Assembly: GCA_965206695.1 (NCBI GenBank)
Contig: CBDBKM010000002.1
Location: forward strand, 32,001 to 96,000
DNA from: Chlamydiales bacterium
Lineage (GTDB): Bacteria > Chlamydiota > Chlamydiia > Chlamydiales > JAAZZY01
DNA length: 64,000 nucleotides
Direction of reading: 5' to 3'
Made by a program: the position numbers and the translations under genes
The notes under the pieces: generated by a model
Database searches by the model: none
The model's input: only the letters and a program-made list of their open reading frames with translations
Told to the model about the DNA's origin: nothing
In this document: positions 50,549-61,241 of the stretch, in pieces
Layout: each line of letters starts with the position of its first letter
How positions within the stretch are numbered: position 1 is the stretch's first letter

Positions 50549-53404
50549 TTATGTTAAAATAGCTAACTTTTCTTCAATTTCTTTTAACTTATTTTCATTA
50601 TCTTGCAGTAGTTGCTTCTGTTTATCGACGAGCTCTTTAGGTGCTCTTTCAATAAACTGAACATTACTGAGCTTATTCTTGAGTTTATCTACATTACCTT
50701 GAATACGTAGTACCTCTTTTTCAAGACGTGCTTGTTCTTGTTTTTGTAATTCTTCGGGTAATGGGATAATAATTTTGATAGAGCCAACAAAACCGGTACT
50801 GCTAAAGGCTTCATCAGGCTCTTTATCATCAATAAAAATATTTTGCGTCGGTAGTAAAGAAGGAATAATATTTTGATTCTCTTTGATTAGTTGTAGATCC
50901 TTATCTTGCAGAAGAGCTACGATATAAATATCGGTTTTAATACCGGGAGCGATTTTCATCTCTCCACGAATATTTCTTATGGTATAGACGACTTGTTCGA
51001 TAAGGTTAAAACCATTTTCTATCTGTTGATCCATAGCGGATTTATCCAATACCTTAGGATAAGGCGCTATCATGCAGCTATCGGCAAGAAGAGCTTGTAT
51101 GGTATCTTTAGTATAAATATCCGCGTCTTCATTTAGCATTATGTTATCGAAATATTCTTTGATCAGTTGAAATAACTCTTCTGTAATAAAAGGAGCCATT
51201 GGGTGTAATAATCTAATAGCACTCGTTAAAAGAATAACGAGAAGAATTTGTTTGTTTTCTCTATCTTTTTGATCACCGGATTTTCCAAAAAGAACGGGTT
51301 TAACAATCTCAAGGTAATAGGCGCATAATTCTTTCCAATAAAAATTGTAAGCGCTTATGGCAGCATCTTCATAGTTATAGGTAGTAAGATAGCCATTGAC
51401 GTCCTCGATTGTTCGATTTAGCCTAGATAAGATCCATTTGTCTTCTAAAGCAAGTATTAAAAAATCAAGCCCTTTACTCAAATTTTTAGCCGATAAAGCT
51501 GTGGTATTGGCTTGTTCATTTCCTTGTAAGTTCATGAAAATAAAACGGGCACCATTCCATAACTTATTAGCAAAGTTTTTGAAATCTTCAAATTTACGTC
51601 TATCGAGATCAATCTGATGAGATAACACAGGGCTAGCACAAAAAGCCATGCGCATAGCATCAGTACCATATTGATCAATGATCTCTAAAGGATCGATAGC
51701 ATTGCCTTTGGATTTTGAAATTTTTTCCCATTTAGAATAGACATCTTTAGGTGTCGGTTCCCGTAAGTCGTAATCGAGGCGTTCTTGTTGCGAAACATAA
51801 TGGATATGCCCTTCATCATTGATACGCCAATAGGATTTACCAAAAATCAGTCCGGTTAATAACACTTCAGGGAAGGGGAGTGTATTTTGAATATATTCTC
51901 CCATCATTAACATCCTGGCTACCCAAAAGAATAGAATATCGTGGCCCGTTACTAAAATGGAGTTGGGATAAAATGCTTGTAACTCATCGGTATTATCCGG
52001 CCATCCTAACGTACTAAAAGGCCATAGAGCAGAAGAAAACCAGGTGTCTAACACATCTTCATCTTGATACCAGTCATTTGGGTTAGCTTGTACTTCTTTG
52101 GGAAGACCCCTATCTGTAAAACAGATGATCTTTTCAGGATTATTTTTATGATACCAAACAGGAATACGATGGCCCCACCACAGTTGTCTGGAAATACACC
52201 AGTCTTTTAAGTTATTAATCCAATAGCGATAAGTTTGTTCCCAGCTCTTAGGATGTATCTTGATTTTATTTTTATCAACAGCTTCTAAAAGCTTATCTTT
52301 AAAATTAGACATCTTGATAAACCACTGCTTAGAGATATAGGGCTCTATCGTTGCCTTTGAACGGTAAGAGACACCGACTCGATGTGGATGGTTTTCAATT
52401 TTTATTAAAAGACCTAACTCTCTCATCTTTTCTACAACATGAATACGAGCCTCTGCCATAGTCATTTCTTGAAAGGGACCTCCATTTTCATTCACCCTAC
52501 CATCCGGTGTCATGATATTAATGAAAGGGAGATTGTGAGAGATACCCATCTCATAGTCATTAGGATCATGGGCAGGTGTGATCTTCACAGCTCCGGTTCC
52601 AAATTCAGGGTCAACACGTCGATCGGAAAAAATAGGGATTTTTCTATCCATGATAGGTAACATAACAGTTTTTCCTATCAAATGTTTATAACGTTCATCT
52701 TTTCCCGATACAGCAACTCCTGTGTCACCGAGCATCGTCTCGGGTCTGGTTGTAGCAATAGGAATAAAGGCCGACCCATCAGATAGGGGGTAGTTAAAGT
52801 ACCATAAAAAACCCTTACGCTCTTCGAATTCTACTTCGTCATCGGCTAGTGCTGTTTGTGTGACAGGATCCCAATTAACAAGATAATCTCCACGGTAGAT
52901 AACCCCTTCATCATACATCTTTTTAAAGACCCGGCGAACAGCTAAGTTGCTTTTTTCATCCATTGTAAAACGCTGTCTTGACCAATCACATGAGCATCCG
53001 AGGCGTCTTAGCTGAGTAACGATGGTGTCTTCTGTTTTCTCTTTAAAGTCCCAAATATGAGAAACAAATTCTTCTCTGGTGTAATCTTTTCGTCTTTTCC
53101 CAAATTTTTCTCTTAGGAAACGCTCTACTACCATCTGAGTCGCAATGCCGGCATGATCGGTGCCGGGAATCCAGAGGGTTTTAAACCCTTGCATTCTTTT
53201 CCATCTAACTAATACGTCCATTAGGGTATTACCCAGAACATGGCCCATATGTAGGATACCTGTAACGTTAGGAGGGGGCATCACAAGTGAGAAAGGGGGC
53301 TGTTTAGAGGAAGGATTAGCCTTGAAAAGACCCCTTTCTTCCCAAAATGAATACCACTTAGATTCGATTTCTTTAGGGTTGTAAGTTTTTGAAAGCTCTA
53401 CCAT
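50549..53404 (-). CDS. valS: Valine--tRNA ligase
   Basis: PPPNVTGILHMGH, DHAGIATQ, DWCISRQLWWGHRIP, DVLDTWFSS, KISKSKGN. Confidence 0.98.
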   Translation of the reverse strand: MVELSKTYNPKEIESKWYSFWEERGLFKANPSSKQPPFSLVMPPPNVTGILHMGHVLGNTLMDVLVRWKRMQGFKTLWIPGTDHAGIATQMVVERFLREKFGKRRKDYTREEFVSHIWDFKEKTEDTIVTQLRRLGCSCDWSRQRFTMDEKSNLAVRRVFKKMYDEGVIYRGDYLVNWDPVTQTALADDEVEFEERKGFLWYFNYPLSDGSAFIPIATTRPETMLGDTGVAVSGKDERYKHLIGKTVMLPIMDRKIPIFSDRRVDPEFGTGAVKITPAHDPNDYEMGISHNLPFINIMTPDGRVNENGGPFQEMTMAEARIHVVEKMRELGLLIKIENHPHRVGVSYRSKATIEPYISKQWFIKMSNFKDKLLEAVDKNKIKIHPKSWEQTYRYWINNLKDWCISRQLWWGHRIPVWYHKNNPEKIICFTDRGLPKEVQANPNDWYQDEDVLDTWFSSALWPFSTLGWPDNTDELQAFYPNSILVTGHDILFFWVARMLMMGEYIQNTLPFPEVLLTGLIFGKSYWRINDEGHIHYVSQQERLDYDLREPTPKDVYSKWEKISKSKGNAIDPLEIIDQYGTDAMRMAFCASPVLSHQIDLDRRKFEDFKNFANKLWNGARFIFMNLQGNEQANTTALSAKNLSKGLDFLILALEDKWILSRLNRTIEDVNGYLTTYNYEDAAISAYNFYWKELCAYYLEIVKPVLFGKSGDQKDRENKQILLVILLTSAIRLLHPMAPFITEELFQLIKEYFDNIMLNEDADIYTKDTIQALLADSCMIAPYPKVLDKSAMDQQIENGFNLIEQVVYTIRNIRGEMKIAPGIKTDIYIVALLQDKDLQLIKENQNIIPSLLPTQNIFIDDKEPDEAFSSTGFVGSIKIIIPLPEELQKQEQARLEKEVLRIQGNVDKLKNKLSNVQFIERAPKELVDKQKQLLQDNENKLKEIEEKLAILT

Positions 53405-53685
53405 AGTATTTTCCTTATCTAGAGACCAAAAATATTATCAAATAAAAGAAAAAAAGTATATATTTTGATAAGTTGTTGATAATAAGTTTGTTAATGATTA
53501 AGCCCTCTATTAAACATATAAAATTAAAATTTTAACTAATTAATATTTAGAGTTTTAAAAAATAATAATTATCAGTTATTTATTGAAAATAATTTAACCA
53601 TATGCTATAATGATTAACAGAAAGATAGTTTATAATAGGCAATCCCTATAAACACCTTAAGAAGTTAATCGGAGGATTAATAATA

Positions 53686-53955
53686 ATGACAGCATGTAAC
53701 AACTCTCTTAATAAAGTTCCTAACCTCACCCCTATCCCAACACCCCGGTCACCTGATAAATTACCTAATAAAGATTTCAGTGTGAAGATAACAGGAACTA
53801 ATGCAAGTCCATCGACCGTTAACGGAAGAAATTTGTTAAAACAATTCAGACAACAACAGGGTAAATTTCCGAAATTTAACCAAAATATATCATACGCAGC
53901 TTTAAATTCTATAAAGACATTACCTTTCAATCTGTACAAAAGAGTAACAGCTTAA
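53686..53955 (+). CDS. Small hypothetical protein
   Basis: GGAGG ribosome-binding site upstream and a strong terminator downstream. Confidence 0.6.
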   Translation: MTACNNSLNKVPNLTPIPTPRSPDKLPNKDFSVKITGTNASPSTVNGRNLLKQFRQQQGKFPKFNQNISYAALNSIKTLPFNLYKRVTA

Positions 53956-53987
53956 AGAATAGTCTTAAAACTCATTTATTCATTTAT

Positions 53988-54024
53988 AAATACCCAAAAC
54001 CTTAAAAGGTTTTGGGTATTTTTT
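53988..54024. terminator. Probable bidirectional intrinsic terminator
   Basis: AAATACCCAAAACCT-TAAA-AGGTTTTGGGTATTT followed by a T run, between convergent genes. Confidence 0.8.
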
Positions 54025-54047
54025 GTCTTAAAATGGGATTGCTATTT

Positions 54048-54128
54048 TTGAAAGCTTTCAACCCTAAAGGAAAAGAATGCCTGATTTAACAATCTCTGCC
54101 TAGATCTGACATGATCTCCAAAGGCTTA
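54048..54128 (-). mobile_element. Stand-alone, partly decayed IS605 right end / omega-RNA scaffold
   Basis: Minus strand TAAGCCTTTGGAGATCATGTCAGA...CCTTTAGGGTTGAAAGCTTTCAA. Confidence 0.75.
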
Positions 54129-54286
54129 TAGAAAAAGCAAGATATCGGCTTATTTCTCTAGGATTACCTTCTATTTTAGATAATTTATCAAATAATAGGC
54201 ATAAATTTGTTTTATGGAATTGGTATTATTCCTCAGTTTAAATAGGTTGAAACATTATTCAACCCAAAGAAGGAACAAAGGGCTTT

Positions 54287-55663
54287 TTAAGCCACTTTTT
54301 TTGCTGCTATTTCTTGCTTTACAATTTGGATAAAGGATTTAGTTTCAGATGCAATAACAGCTGATAGGCCCAGCAATCCAATTAGATTAGGTAATGCCAT
54401 CAGTCCATTACAAATATCAGCTATATTCCATACAAGTTCTAATCCCATACCGGCACCGAAAACAACCATTATCGTTGCAACGATACGATATAAAATCGTA
54501 GACTTTATTCCGAAAAGATATTCAAAGCATTTTTCACCATAATAGGCCCAGCCTAAAATCGTTGAATATCCAAATAAAATAACAGCTATGGTAACAACAA
54601 ATCCGCTTCCTTTCAATACCGAATCAAATGCCCTTACTACCATGGCTGATCCATTTAATAGGGTACCGTCAGCATTGGCTTGACCAAGCACATCTGTTAC
54701 GGCTAAAACAAGACTTGTAATGGTACAAACGATAAAAGTAGCCATAAAAGCGCCACTCATTGAAATCATCGCTTGCCTTCCCGGTTGATCGGTCTTAGCA
54801 GCAGCTGCAGCTATTGGTGAACTTCCTAAACCTGCTTCGTTAGAAAAGACCCCTCTAGCAGTACCCGTTCTTAAAGCGATAATAAACGAAGAGCCAATAA
54901 AACCACCTGTGGCTGCTTGTCCTGTAAAAGCAGAGGAAATAATGGTATTAATACCGGATGGAATCAGTGTGTAATTCATGATAATAATGAGAAGACCTCC
55001 GAAGACATACAAAAAAGCCATTACCGGTACAAGGTACTCCGTAACCCATCCAATGCTCTTAATCCCTTTCAAAAGAACTAAACCTGTAAAAAGAGCAATG
55101 ATAATGCCCGAACCCCAATGACTCATATGAAAGACTTCAAAAGCTACATTAGCAATTGAGTTCGACTGAACCATATTTCCTGTTGTTAGAGCCGTAATCG
55201 ATCCCATCACAGCAAAAAAGATCGCCCATTTTTTCCATTTTAGACCATTAGCTAAAAAATACATGGGTCCACCACACATCTCGCCTCTACCATCTTTCTT
55301 ACGATATTTTATCGCTAAAATAGCTTCTGAAAATTTGGTAGCCATCCCAATAAATCCTGTTACCCAAATCCAGAAGACAGCTCCTAAACCTCCGATAGTA
55401 ATGGCTGTAGCAACCCCTGCAATACTTCCTATTCCAATCGTTGCACTCATAGCTGTCATAAGAGCTTGAAATTGGCTGATATCTCCTTCGGAATTATCAT
55501 CTTTACGTGTAAAAGCTAACTTTAATGAATACCAAAGATAACGAAATTGCAATCCCTTTAAAAGAATCGTTAGATAAAGTCCGGTTCCTACTAAAAGAAT
55601 CAAAAGCGGCGGGCCCCAAATCCAATTCTTAATAATTTCAAGAACTTGTAGTGTGTGTTCCAT
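54287..55663 (-). CDS. Alanine/glycine:cation symporter (AGCS family)
   Basis: GDISQFQAL, GGPMY, RGVFSNEAGLGS, ILGWAYYGE, LMALPNL. Confidence 0.95.
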   Translation of the reverse strand: MEHTLQVLEIIKNWIWGPPLLILLVGTGLYLTILLKGLQFRYLWYSLKLAFTRKDDNSEGDISQFQALMTAMSATIGIGSIAGVATAITIGGLGAVFWIWVTGFIGMATKFSEAILAIKYRKKDGRGEMCGGPMYFLANGLKWKKWAIFFAVMGSITALTTGNMVQSNSIANVAFEVFHMSHWGSGIIIALFTGLVLLKGIKSIGWVTEYLVPVMAFLYVFGGLLIIIMNYTLIPSGINTIISSAFTGQAATGGFIGSSFIIALRTGTARGVFSNEAGLGSSPIAAAAAKTDQPGRQAMISMSGAFMATFIVCTITSLVLAVTDVLGQANADGTLLNGSAMVVRAFDSVLKGSGFVVTIAVILFGYSTILGWAYYGEKCFEYLFGIKSTILYRIVATIMVVFGAGMGLELVWNIADICNGLMALPNLIGLLGLSAVIASETKSFIQIVKQEIAAKKVA

Positions 55664-55801
55664 ACTAAATATTTCGTAAAATTTTTAATATAAACACTAT
55701 AATCTTTTGAAGGTTAAAAAGCCATGATGGATAAACCGGCTAAGTATAAGACCTCATCGTTTCACTCAGAAGCTATGAACTAAAATTTTTAGATAATACT
55801 T

Positions 55802-57569
55802 CCGACATTCCTAGACCTCTAAACAAGTTTTTCTAATTAAGCCATACATCCTCATTGCAGTCTTTCCAAACAAAACAATAATCTTTTTCCGAAGACGGGT
55901 TAAATTTGTGATCATTTCTTTACAAATTCTCCGGGAAGTCTTCTGAAAAAAACGGATTATTCCGATACCTTCCATAATTTGGAAAATCCATCTTAATGTT
56001 GGATTTTTGACTTCCTTTCCTAATTGGTTGGGTAATGTCTCTTCTGTTTCTATCAATTTTTGTCGAAGTTGATATTGTCCGATATTATAAACCATTAAAC
56101 ACAATGTCATAACCATCATTAATGCTTCAATGCGTCGAGGGGTTTTTAAAAAAATAGAATCAACCATAAACCAAGGATCTTTTAAAAAGCGAAACCCTCC
56201 TTCAACCTTTTGCTGTTCTTTATATTCTTCTAACATCATCTCATCTTTATAATTTTCTCTATCGGTGTCATTCGCAGCTAAAATAAACCGTCCTTTTCTA
56301 TTCATCAGTTTATTAATTTCTTCTTCTTCCCTTTCAAAGCTAGCATGAATCTTGTATCCAACAACTTGTTTTTCCTCTCCTTGTTTAGGTTTGCCTAATT
56401 TACCATATTTTAGAATCGGCAATATCTCACTATTCATGGAATATAAATGATTTTTTTTAGTCAATCTGCCCCAAGCTTTTTTAGCATCACTTTCGCATTT
56501 AAATTCCTCATTACCCAAATGCCAAAGTTGTTTCTTGAGCTTTTCTTCTGCCTTGGTCAATTTTTTTTCTAATGATTTTATCTCTCTCTGATAGGCTTGC
56601 TCTGAAAAAACCAAAAGCCATCTTTGTTTAATCCCTCCATAAAAAGAGGTGAAGCTGCATGTTTTATATCCTTTCTCCTGATCAATCCAATCAATTTCTT
56701 CTTCCGGTTTTTCTACTAATCTTTTTGCTTCTCCTATTATCTCGGGAACTCGGGTGAGCCATTTATAATCATTATTTTTTAAGAGCTTTTCTTTTGTGTA
56801 TAACGCTGAATCGGCAACCCACTTCAACTTTGTTTTTACATCAATCTGTTGTTGAAATTCACTGATTTTTTTGAGCGTCTCATGAAAACTTGCTTTATCA
56901 GAACTATTGCCGTCTAAGGCTTCCATCCATAGAGGCATAGAACTCGGACCATTGGTAACGAGAGAAAGTACAACTTGTTTCAAATCAGGTCTATGATCTT
57001 TAGAATAACCCTGCTTAATCTCAATCACTTGCGGATCATCTTTCACTTCATACGACCCATGAACGGAAAAGCTTGTTGTATCTAGATGATGCGTTTTTTG
57101 TAGTAAATCATGGTCTAGGGCTATTCCAAAAGAAACTTCAGCAAATAATTTACTGCTCCCATATTTCGCAATATCATCCAAAGCATGACCTAAAGTATAA
57201 TCTGTGAGATCTTCTGCTCGAAGATCGTTGCCAAGTAAATTCTCTATCGATTTAGAAGCAAAAAATTGATGTGTTAGGTAGAGACGTCTATTAGTAAACC
57301 CTAATCCATTCAGAATCATTGCAATTACTGCCTGTCCCGCACTTACTTTTCTTTGTGGATGATTTTTTAATCCGGTATCAATCCTTTCCGCTACTTTTAG
57401 ATCGCTGCAAAGTGCTGCAATTAATCCATGGTGATCCATGTTCACTGTTTGAATATTATCTCCTGCAACTTCCGGCATAACTTTTCTCCTTGTATCAAAT
57501 AAAAAGTAACAGGATAGGCAATCTATAATTCTAATTCAAAAAAAATATCTTACGGTCTAGGAATGTCGG
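55802..57569 (-). mobile_element. IS1634-family insertion sequence, intact
   Basis: Perfect 16-bp TIRs CCGACATTCCTAGACC / GGTCTAGGAATGTCGG; 6-bp target duplication ATACTT at 55796-801 and 57570-75. Confidence 0.95.
55811..57478 (-). CDS. IS1634-family transposase
   Basis: HLDTTSFSVHG, GYSKDHRPDLKQ, VADSALY, YKEQQKVEGGFRFLKDP. Confidence 0.93.
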   Translation of the reverse strand: MPEVAGDNIQTVNMDHHGLIAALCSDLKVAERIDTGLKNHPQRKVSAGQAVIAMILNGLGFTNRRLYLTHQFFASKSIENLLGNDLRAEDLTDYTLGHALDDIAKYGSSKLFAEVSFGIALDHDLLQKTHHLDTTSFSVHGSYEVKDDPQVIEIKQGYSKDHRPDLKQVVLSLVTNGPSSMPLWMEALDGNSSDKASFHETLKKISEFQQQIDVKTKLKWVADSALYTKEKLLKNNDYKWLTRVPEIIGEAKRLVEKPEEEIDWIDQEKGYKTCSFTSFYGGIKQRWLLVFSEQAYQREIKSLEKKLTKAEEKLKKQLWHLGNEEFKCESDAKKAWGRLTKKNHLYSMNSEILPILKYGKLGKPKQGEEKQVVGYKIHASFEREEEEINKLMNRKGRFILAANDTDRENYKDEMMLEEYKEQQKVEGGFRFLKDPWFMVDSIFLKTPRRIEALMMVMTLCLMVYNIGQYQLRQKLIETEETLPNQLGKEVKNPTLRWIFQIMEGIGIIRFFQKTSRRICKEMITNLTRLRKKIIVLFGKTAMRMYGLIRKTCLEV

Positions 57570-57825
57570 ATACTTGTCCTGCCATAGTAAAATAATCAGT
57601 TCTTAATTTTTCCGGAACAGAAGGAAAGACACAAGCAGCTCCCTTGAAAAGATGGCGATACATCCTATTAAACATCTGTTCAAAATGCGATACGCCTTGT
57701 TTCGGATCTAAATGATAGATCAGTAGTAAAAGACCTTTGCATAACTGACTTATTTGATCCCGGGGTAACTGTGAGTGTTTATTGTGGTATCTGTGTATTC
57801 ATTAATTATGTGTTTATAACAGTTG

Positions 57826-58017
57826 TTACGTTACGTGTTGTTGTCGATGTGCAAATTCAAAAATAAGATGACTATTTTCATAATCAGCTTGATAATATTC
57901 ACCCAAGCTTTTTTGTTTGATTTCGATGGTATGGCGATTTAGATCAGGATAATATTCCAATTTGATTACCGGATAGTTTCCCCATATTTTTTGTGCTAAC
58001 TTAAATGCTGTATGCAT
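57826..58017 (-). CDS. Short hypothetical ORF, possibly a gene fragment
   Basis: 63 aa; GAGGGG ribosome-binding site directly after the upstream gene's stop. Confidence 0.45.
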   Translation of the reverse strand: MHTAFKLAQKIWGNYPVIKLEYYPDLNRHTIEIKQKSLGEYYQADYENSHLIFEFAHRQQHVT

Positions 58018-58026
58018 AATCCCCTC

Positions 58027-58494
58027 TTAGTCGAAACTAATCAGTTCTGCCCACAGCTGATGGGTCCACTCCTCTATTACTTCTTCTTCACAAATAACTT
58101 CTACCTTATAAGTTAAGATGCCTTCTTTTTCAAAATATTCTTCATTTAAGAGATCATAAACATAAAATCCCCATGATCCGGTAATAGGAAAATAAATATT
58201 TTGTTGTTCAAAGTTATAATAACGAATTTTTAATAGCCCCTGAACATCCTTTCTATCTTTGATGGCATTTTTAGGAAAGCGCCACTTAACAATAAGTCGT
58301 TGCCCTAACGGATTTTCTTCATGGCGAGGATCCGGAGTATGCATCTGGACACTTGCCAAAGAATCTTTTGTAATTACTTCTTGACGAATGCAAACACGAC
58401 CGGAGCAACAAGCTGATAATAAAAAAAATATTGGTACAATTTTAATAAAGCGCATAACAATCATCCGGCTAAAAAATGGTATTGTACCATTCAT
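58027..58494 (-). CDS. Hypothetical lipoprotein
   Basis: LSAC lipobox after a hydrophobic stretch (likely start MRFIK); LASVQMHTPDPR...GQRLIVKW. Confidence 0.75.
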   Translation of the reverse strand: MNGTIPFFSRMIVMRFIKIVPIFFLLSACCSGRVCIRQEVITKDSLASVQMHTPDPRHEENPLGQRLIVKWRFPKNAIKDRKDVQGLLKIRYYNFEQQNIYFPITGSWGFYVYDLLNEEYFEKEGILTYKVEVICEEEVIEEWTHQLWAELISFD

Positions 58495-58498
58495 TCAA

Positions 58499-59820
58499 TT
58501 GACAGCTCCCAATCCTAAAGGGGAAGGGATTCCTCATTCACAGACCGCAGCTAACAAAAGAGTTAGTCTAATATGAGCTCCAAAAGCTTAAATTACCGCC
58601 CGCCCTTCGGTATATATATTATATGATGCATTAAAATCTCTGTCGTACACAGTATTGCATTTGAGACATTCCCACGACCTTATATCACAATCTAATTTTC
58701 CTACATTGTGATGGCATATGGAACCTAGTTGTGTACCGGGGAAACAGTGATCTAATTCTACTATATTTCTCCCGTACCATTCGCTTTTATATTTTAAAAA
58801 AGTTAAAAACCGGCTCCATCCTTCGTCGCATATATATTTGGCATATTTTCTATCTTTTAACATACTTTTTATACACAACCCTTCAATTATGATCGTTTGG
58901 TTTTCACGTATCAACTGAGTAGCAAGCTTATGATGGAAATCATATCCTATGTTTCTAATTTTTGAATGTATCTTTGAAACTTTAAACCGTCTCCGGTATT
59001 TCTTTAACTTCTTTTTAAACTGTTTAAGTGGCTTTGGTCCAACTATTTTTAAATTGTTAGATGTAGTTATAAAACTTTCTATTCCCATATCTATACCAAT
59101 AGAATGATTTTTCTTGCTCAATGATATGGTTTCTTCTTCCACTAAAATACTGATAAAGTATCTGCTACATGAATCTTTTGTAATCGTGACACTTAAGGGA
59201 TTACCCGAAAACTTTCGAGAAATACGTATATTTAATGCTTTTTTAGATTTTGCAATTTTAAGATACGTCCCATCCCAACTAAATGCTGATCTTATTAGGC
59301 GAATAGATTGACGCGAATGCTTATTCTTAAACTTTGGAAACTCAGATCTTTTTTTAAAGAAGTTGGTATATGATATGTCGAGATCTCTTAAGCTTTGTTG
59401 TAAAGAAACTGAAGAGACTTCGTTTAACCAAAGAAAATCCTTTTCTCGTTTCAGGTTGGTCGGCAAAGTAGATGTTTGTGAATAGGAGATATTTTCTTGA
59501 TATTTTCGAGTCTTAAAATTTAAGGCTTGGTTATACACTACTTTACAGCAAGCAAAGCTTTTTGCAAGTAGCTCGTTTTGTTGTTTCGTTGGATAGAATC
59601 TAAATGTATAAGCTTTTTTAATGATCATGCGGTGCATTATATGATTGGTTGATATATATTTCCAAGCATGGAAAGACAGTAAACTTAAAAAATAGCGATT
59701 TTTAATCTTAGTTATCATGTTATCCGGTGTACCAAGTACAGAAAGTATATACAAAATCAAAAAAACAAGTAGACGCTATCATCCCGATGCTAAAGCAAAG
59801 GATTTTCTCGCTTAATTGTC
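58499..59820 (-). mobile_element. IS605 derivative retaining tnpB, with tnpA deleted
   Basis: Left end after TTAT at 59821-24; only the tnpA tail KYIQNQKNK* remains; right end GAAT-hairpin-AGCTGTCAA at 58499. Confidence 0.92.
58588..59628 (-). CDS. tnpB: TnpB RNA-guided nuclease family protein (open frame, possibly decaying)
   Basis: KAYTFRFYPT, IGIDMG (RuvC-I), IIIEGL (RuvC-II), DRDFNAS (RuvC-III). Start placed at MIIKK by comparison with the 14.7-kb copy. Confidence 0.93.
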   Translation of the reverse strand: MIIKKAYTFRFYPTKQQNELLAKSFACCKVVYNQALNFKTRKYQENISYSQTSTLPTNLKREKDFLWLNEVSSVSLQQSLRDLDISYTNFFKKRSEFPKFKNKHSRQSIRLIRSAFSWDGTYLKIAKSKKALNIRISRKFSGNPLSVTITKDSCSRYFISILVEEETISLSKKNHSIGIDMGIESFITTSNNLKIVGPKPLKQFKKKLKKYRRRFKVSKIHSKIRNIGYDFHHKLATQLIRENQTIIIEGLCIKSMLKDRKYAKYICDEGWSRFLTFLKYKSEWYGRNIVELDHCFPGTQLGSICHHNVGKLDCDIRSWECLKCNTVYDRDFNASYNIYTEGRAVI

Positions 59821-59837
59821 ATAAAAAAATAAAAAGG

Positions 59838-61223
59838 CTAATGCCCTAACATCTTTTTCGGATCTACTATCTCATCAAATTGTTCAGGTGTCATATAACC
59901 CATTTCAATAGTAACTTCTTTAAGAGTTCTATATTCCTTATGAGCCTTTTTAACAATTTGAGCGACTTTATCATAACCAATTTCGCTATTAAGAACCGTC
60001 GCCAGCATCAGAGAATTGTGTAAATGTTGATCGATAACTCTATGATTCGGCTTGATAGCAACCACACATTTCTCTGTGAAATTTACAGCTCCATCAGCTA
60101 AGAGACGGATAGAATGTAAATTGTTATAAATCATCACCGGTTTAAAAACATTTAACTCAAAATCGCCTAATGCGCCGGCAAATCCAACTGTCACATCATT
60201 TCCTAATACTTGAGCTGTTAACATCATTACCGATTCTGACTGTGTGGGGTTAACCTTACCGGGCATCATCGATGAACCCGGTTCATTTGCCGGAATTAGA
60301 ATCTCTCCAATACCACAACGTGGCCCGGAACTTAAATGACGGATATCATTAGCAATTTTAAAGAAAGAGCAAGCCACTCTTTTTAAAGCGCCGCTTAATT
60401 CAACCTGTGCATCATGTGCCGCTAAAGTTTCAAATTTATTAGGAGCGCTAATAAAATTAATGCCTGTTAAATCACTAATCATTTTTGCCGCCTCTTTGGG
60501 ATATTCCGGATGAGTATTGACTCCTGTTCCAACAGCCGTTCCTCCTAATGCAATTTCCGATAAATGAGCCAAGGTATTTTCAATCGCGGTAATACCATGA
60601 TCAATTTGAGAAGCGTATCCGGAAAATTCTTGCCCTAAGGTTAAGGGCATCGCGTCCATTAAATGCGTACGACCTATCTTGATAATATCATGAAACTCTC
60701 GCGCTTTTTCATGTAGCGCTTTTGCTAAAATATGAAGATTAGGAAGCAGAGCATCTCTTACCATCATACGAGCAGATATACTCATAGCTGTCGGAAAGGT
60801 ATCATTAGAAGACTGAGATTTATTGACATCATCATTTGGATGAATAGGATCTTTAGAACCTAACTGACCTCCTAACTTTTCAATCGCTCGATTGCTAATG
60901 ACTTCATTAACATTCATATTTGTTTGCGTACCCGATCCGGTTTGCCAAACGACTAAAGGAAAATGATCGTCCAACTTACCTTCTACGATTTCATCACAAA
61001 CTTCAATAATAGCGTTTCTTTTTGCTTTGGGTAAAAGCTTAAGATCACAATTAACAATTGCAGATGCCTTTTTAATAATAGCAAGGGCACGAACAACTTC
61101 AATTGGCATCCCTACTGCGCCTATACGAAAATTCTGCAAAGAACGTTGGGTCTGAGCGCCAAAATATTTATCAATCGGAACTTTAATTTCACCTATACTA
61201 TCCGATTCAATTCTATGATCCAT
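59838..61223 (-). CDS. fumC: Fumarate hydratase class II
   Basis: [46 protein letters not shown]. Confidence 0.97.
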   Translation of the reverse strand: MDHRIESDSIGEIKVPIDKYFGAQTQRSLQNFRIGAVGMPIEVVRALAIIKKASAIVNCDLKLLPKAKRNAIIEVCDEIVEGKLDDHFPLVVWQTGSGTQTNMNVNEVISNRAIEKLGGQLGSKDPIHPNDDVNKSQSSNDTFPTAMSISARMMVRDALLPNLHILAKALHEKAREFHDIIKIGRTHLMDAMPLTLGQEFSGYASQIDHGITAIENTLAHLSEIALGGTAVGTGVNTHPEYPKEAAKMISDLTGINFISAPNKFETLAAHDAQVELSGALKRVACSFFKIANDIRHLSSGPRCGIGEILIPANEPGSSMMPGKVNPTQSESVMMLTAQVLGNDVTVGFAGALGDFELNVFKPVMIYNNLHSIRLLADGAVNFTEKCVVAIKPNHRVIDQHLHNSLMLATVLNSEIGYDKVAQIVKKAHKEYRTLKEVTIEMGYMTPEQFDEIVDPKKMLGH

Positions 61224-61241
61224 GCTTTTATCCTCATCCGA

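Noticed and set aside
50906..55469. Short + strand ORFs within valS and the symporter, and 53646-53939 on the minus strand
   Set aside because: Overlap well-supported genes on the opposite strand; no motifs.
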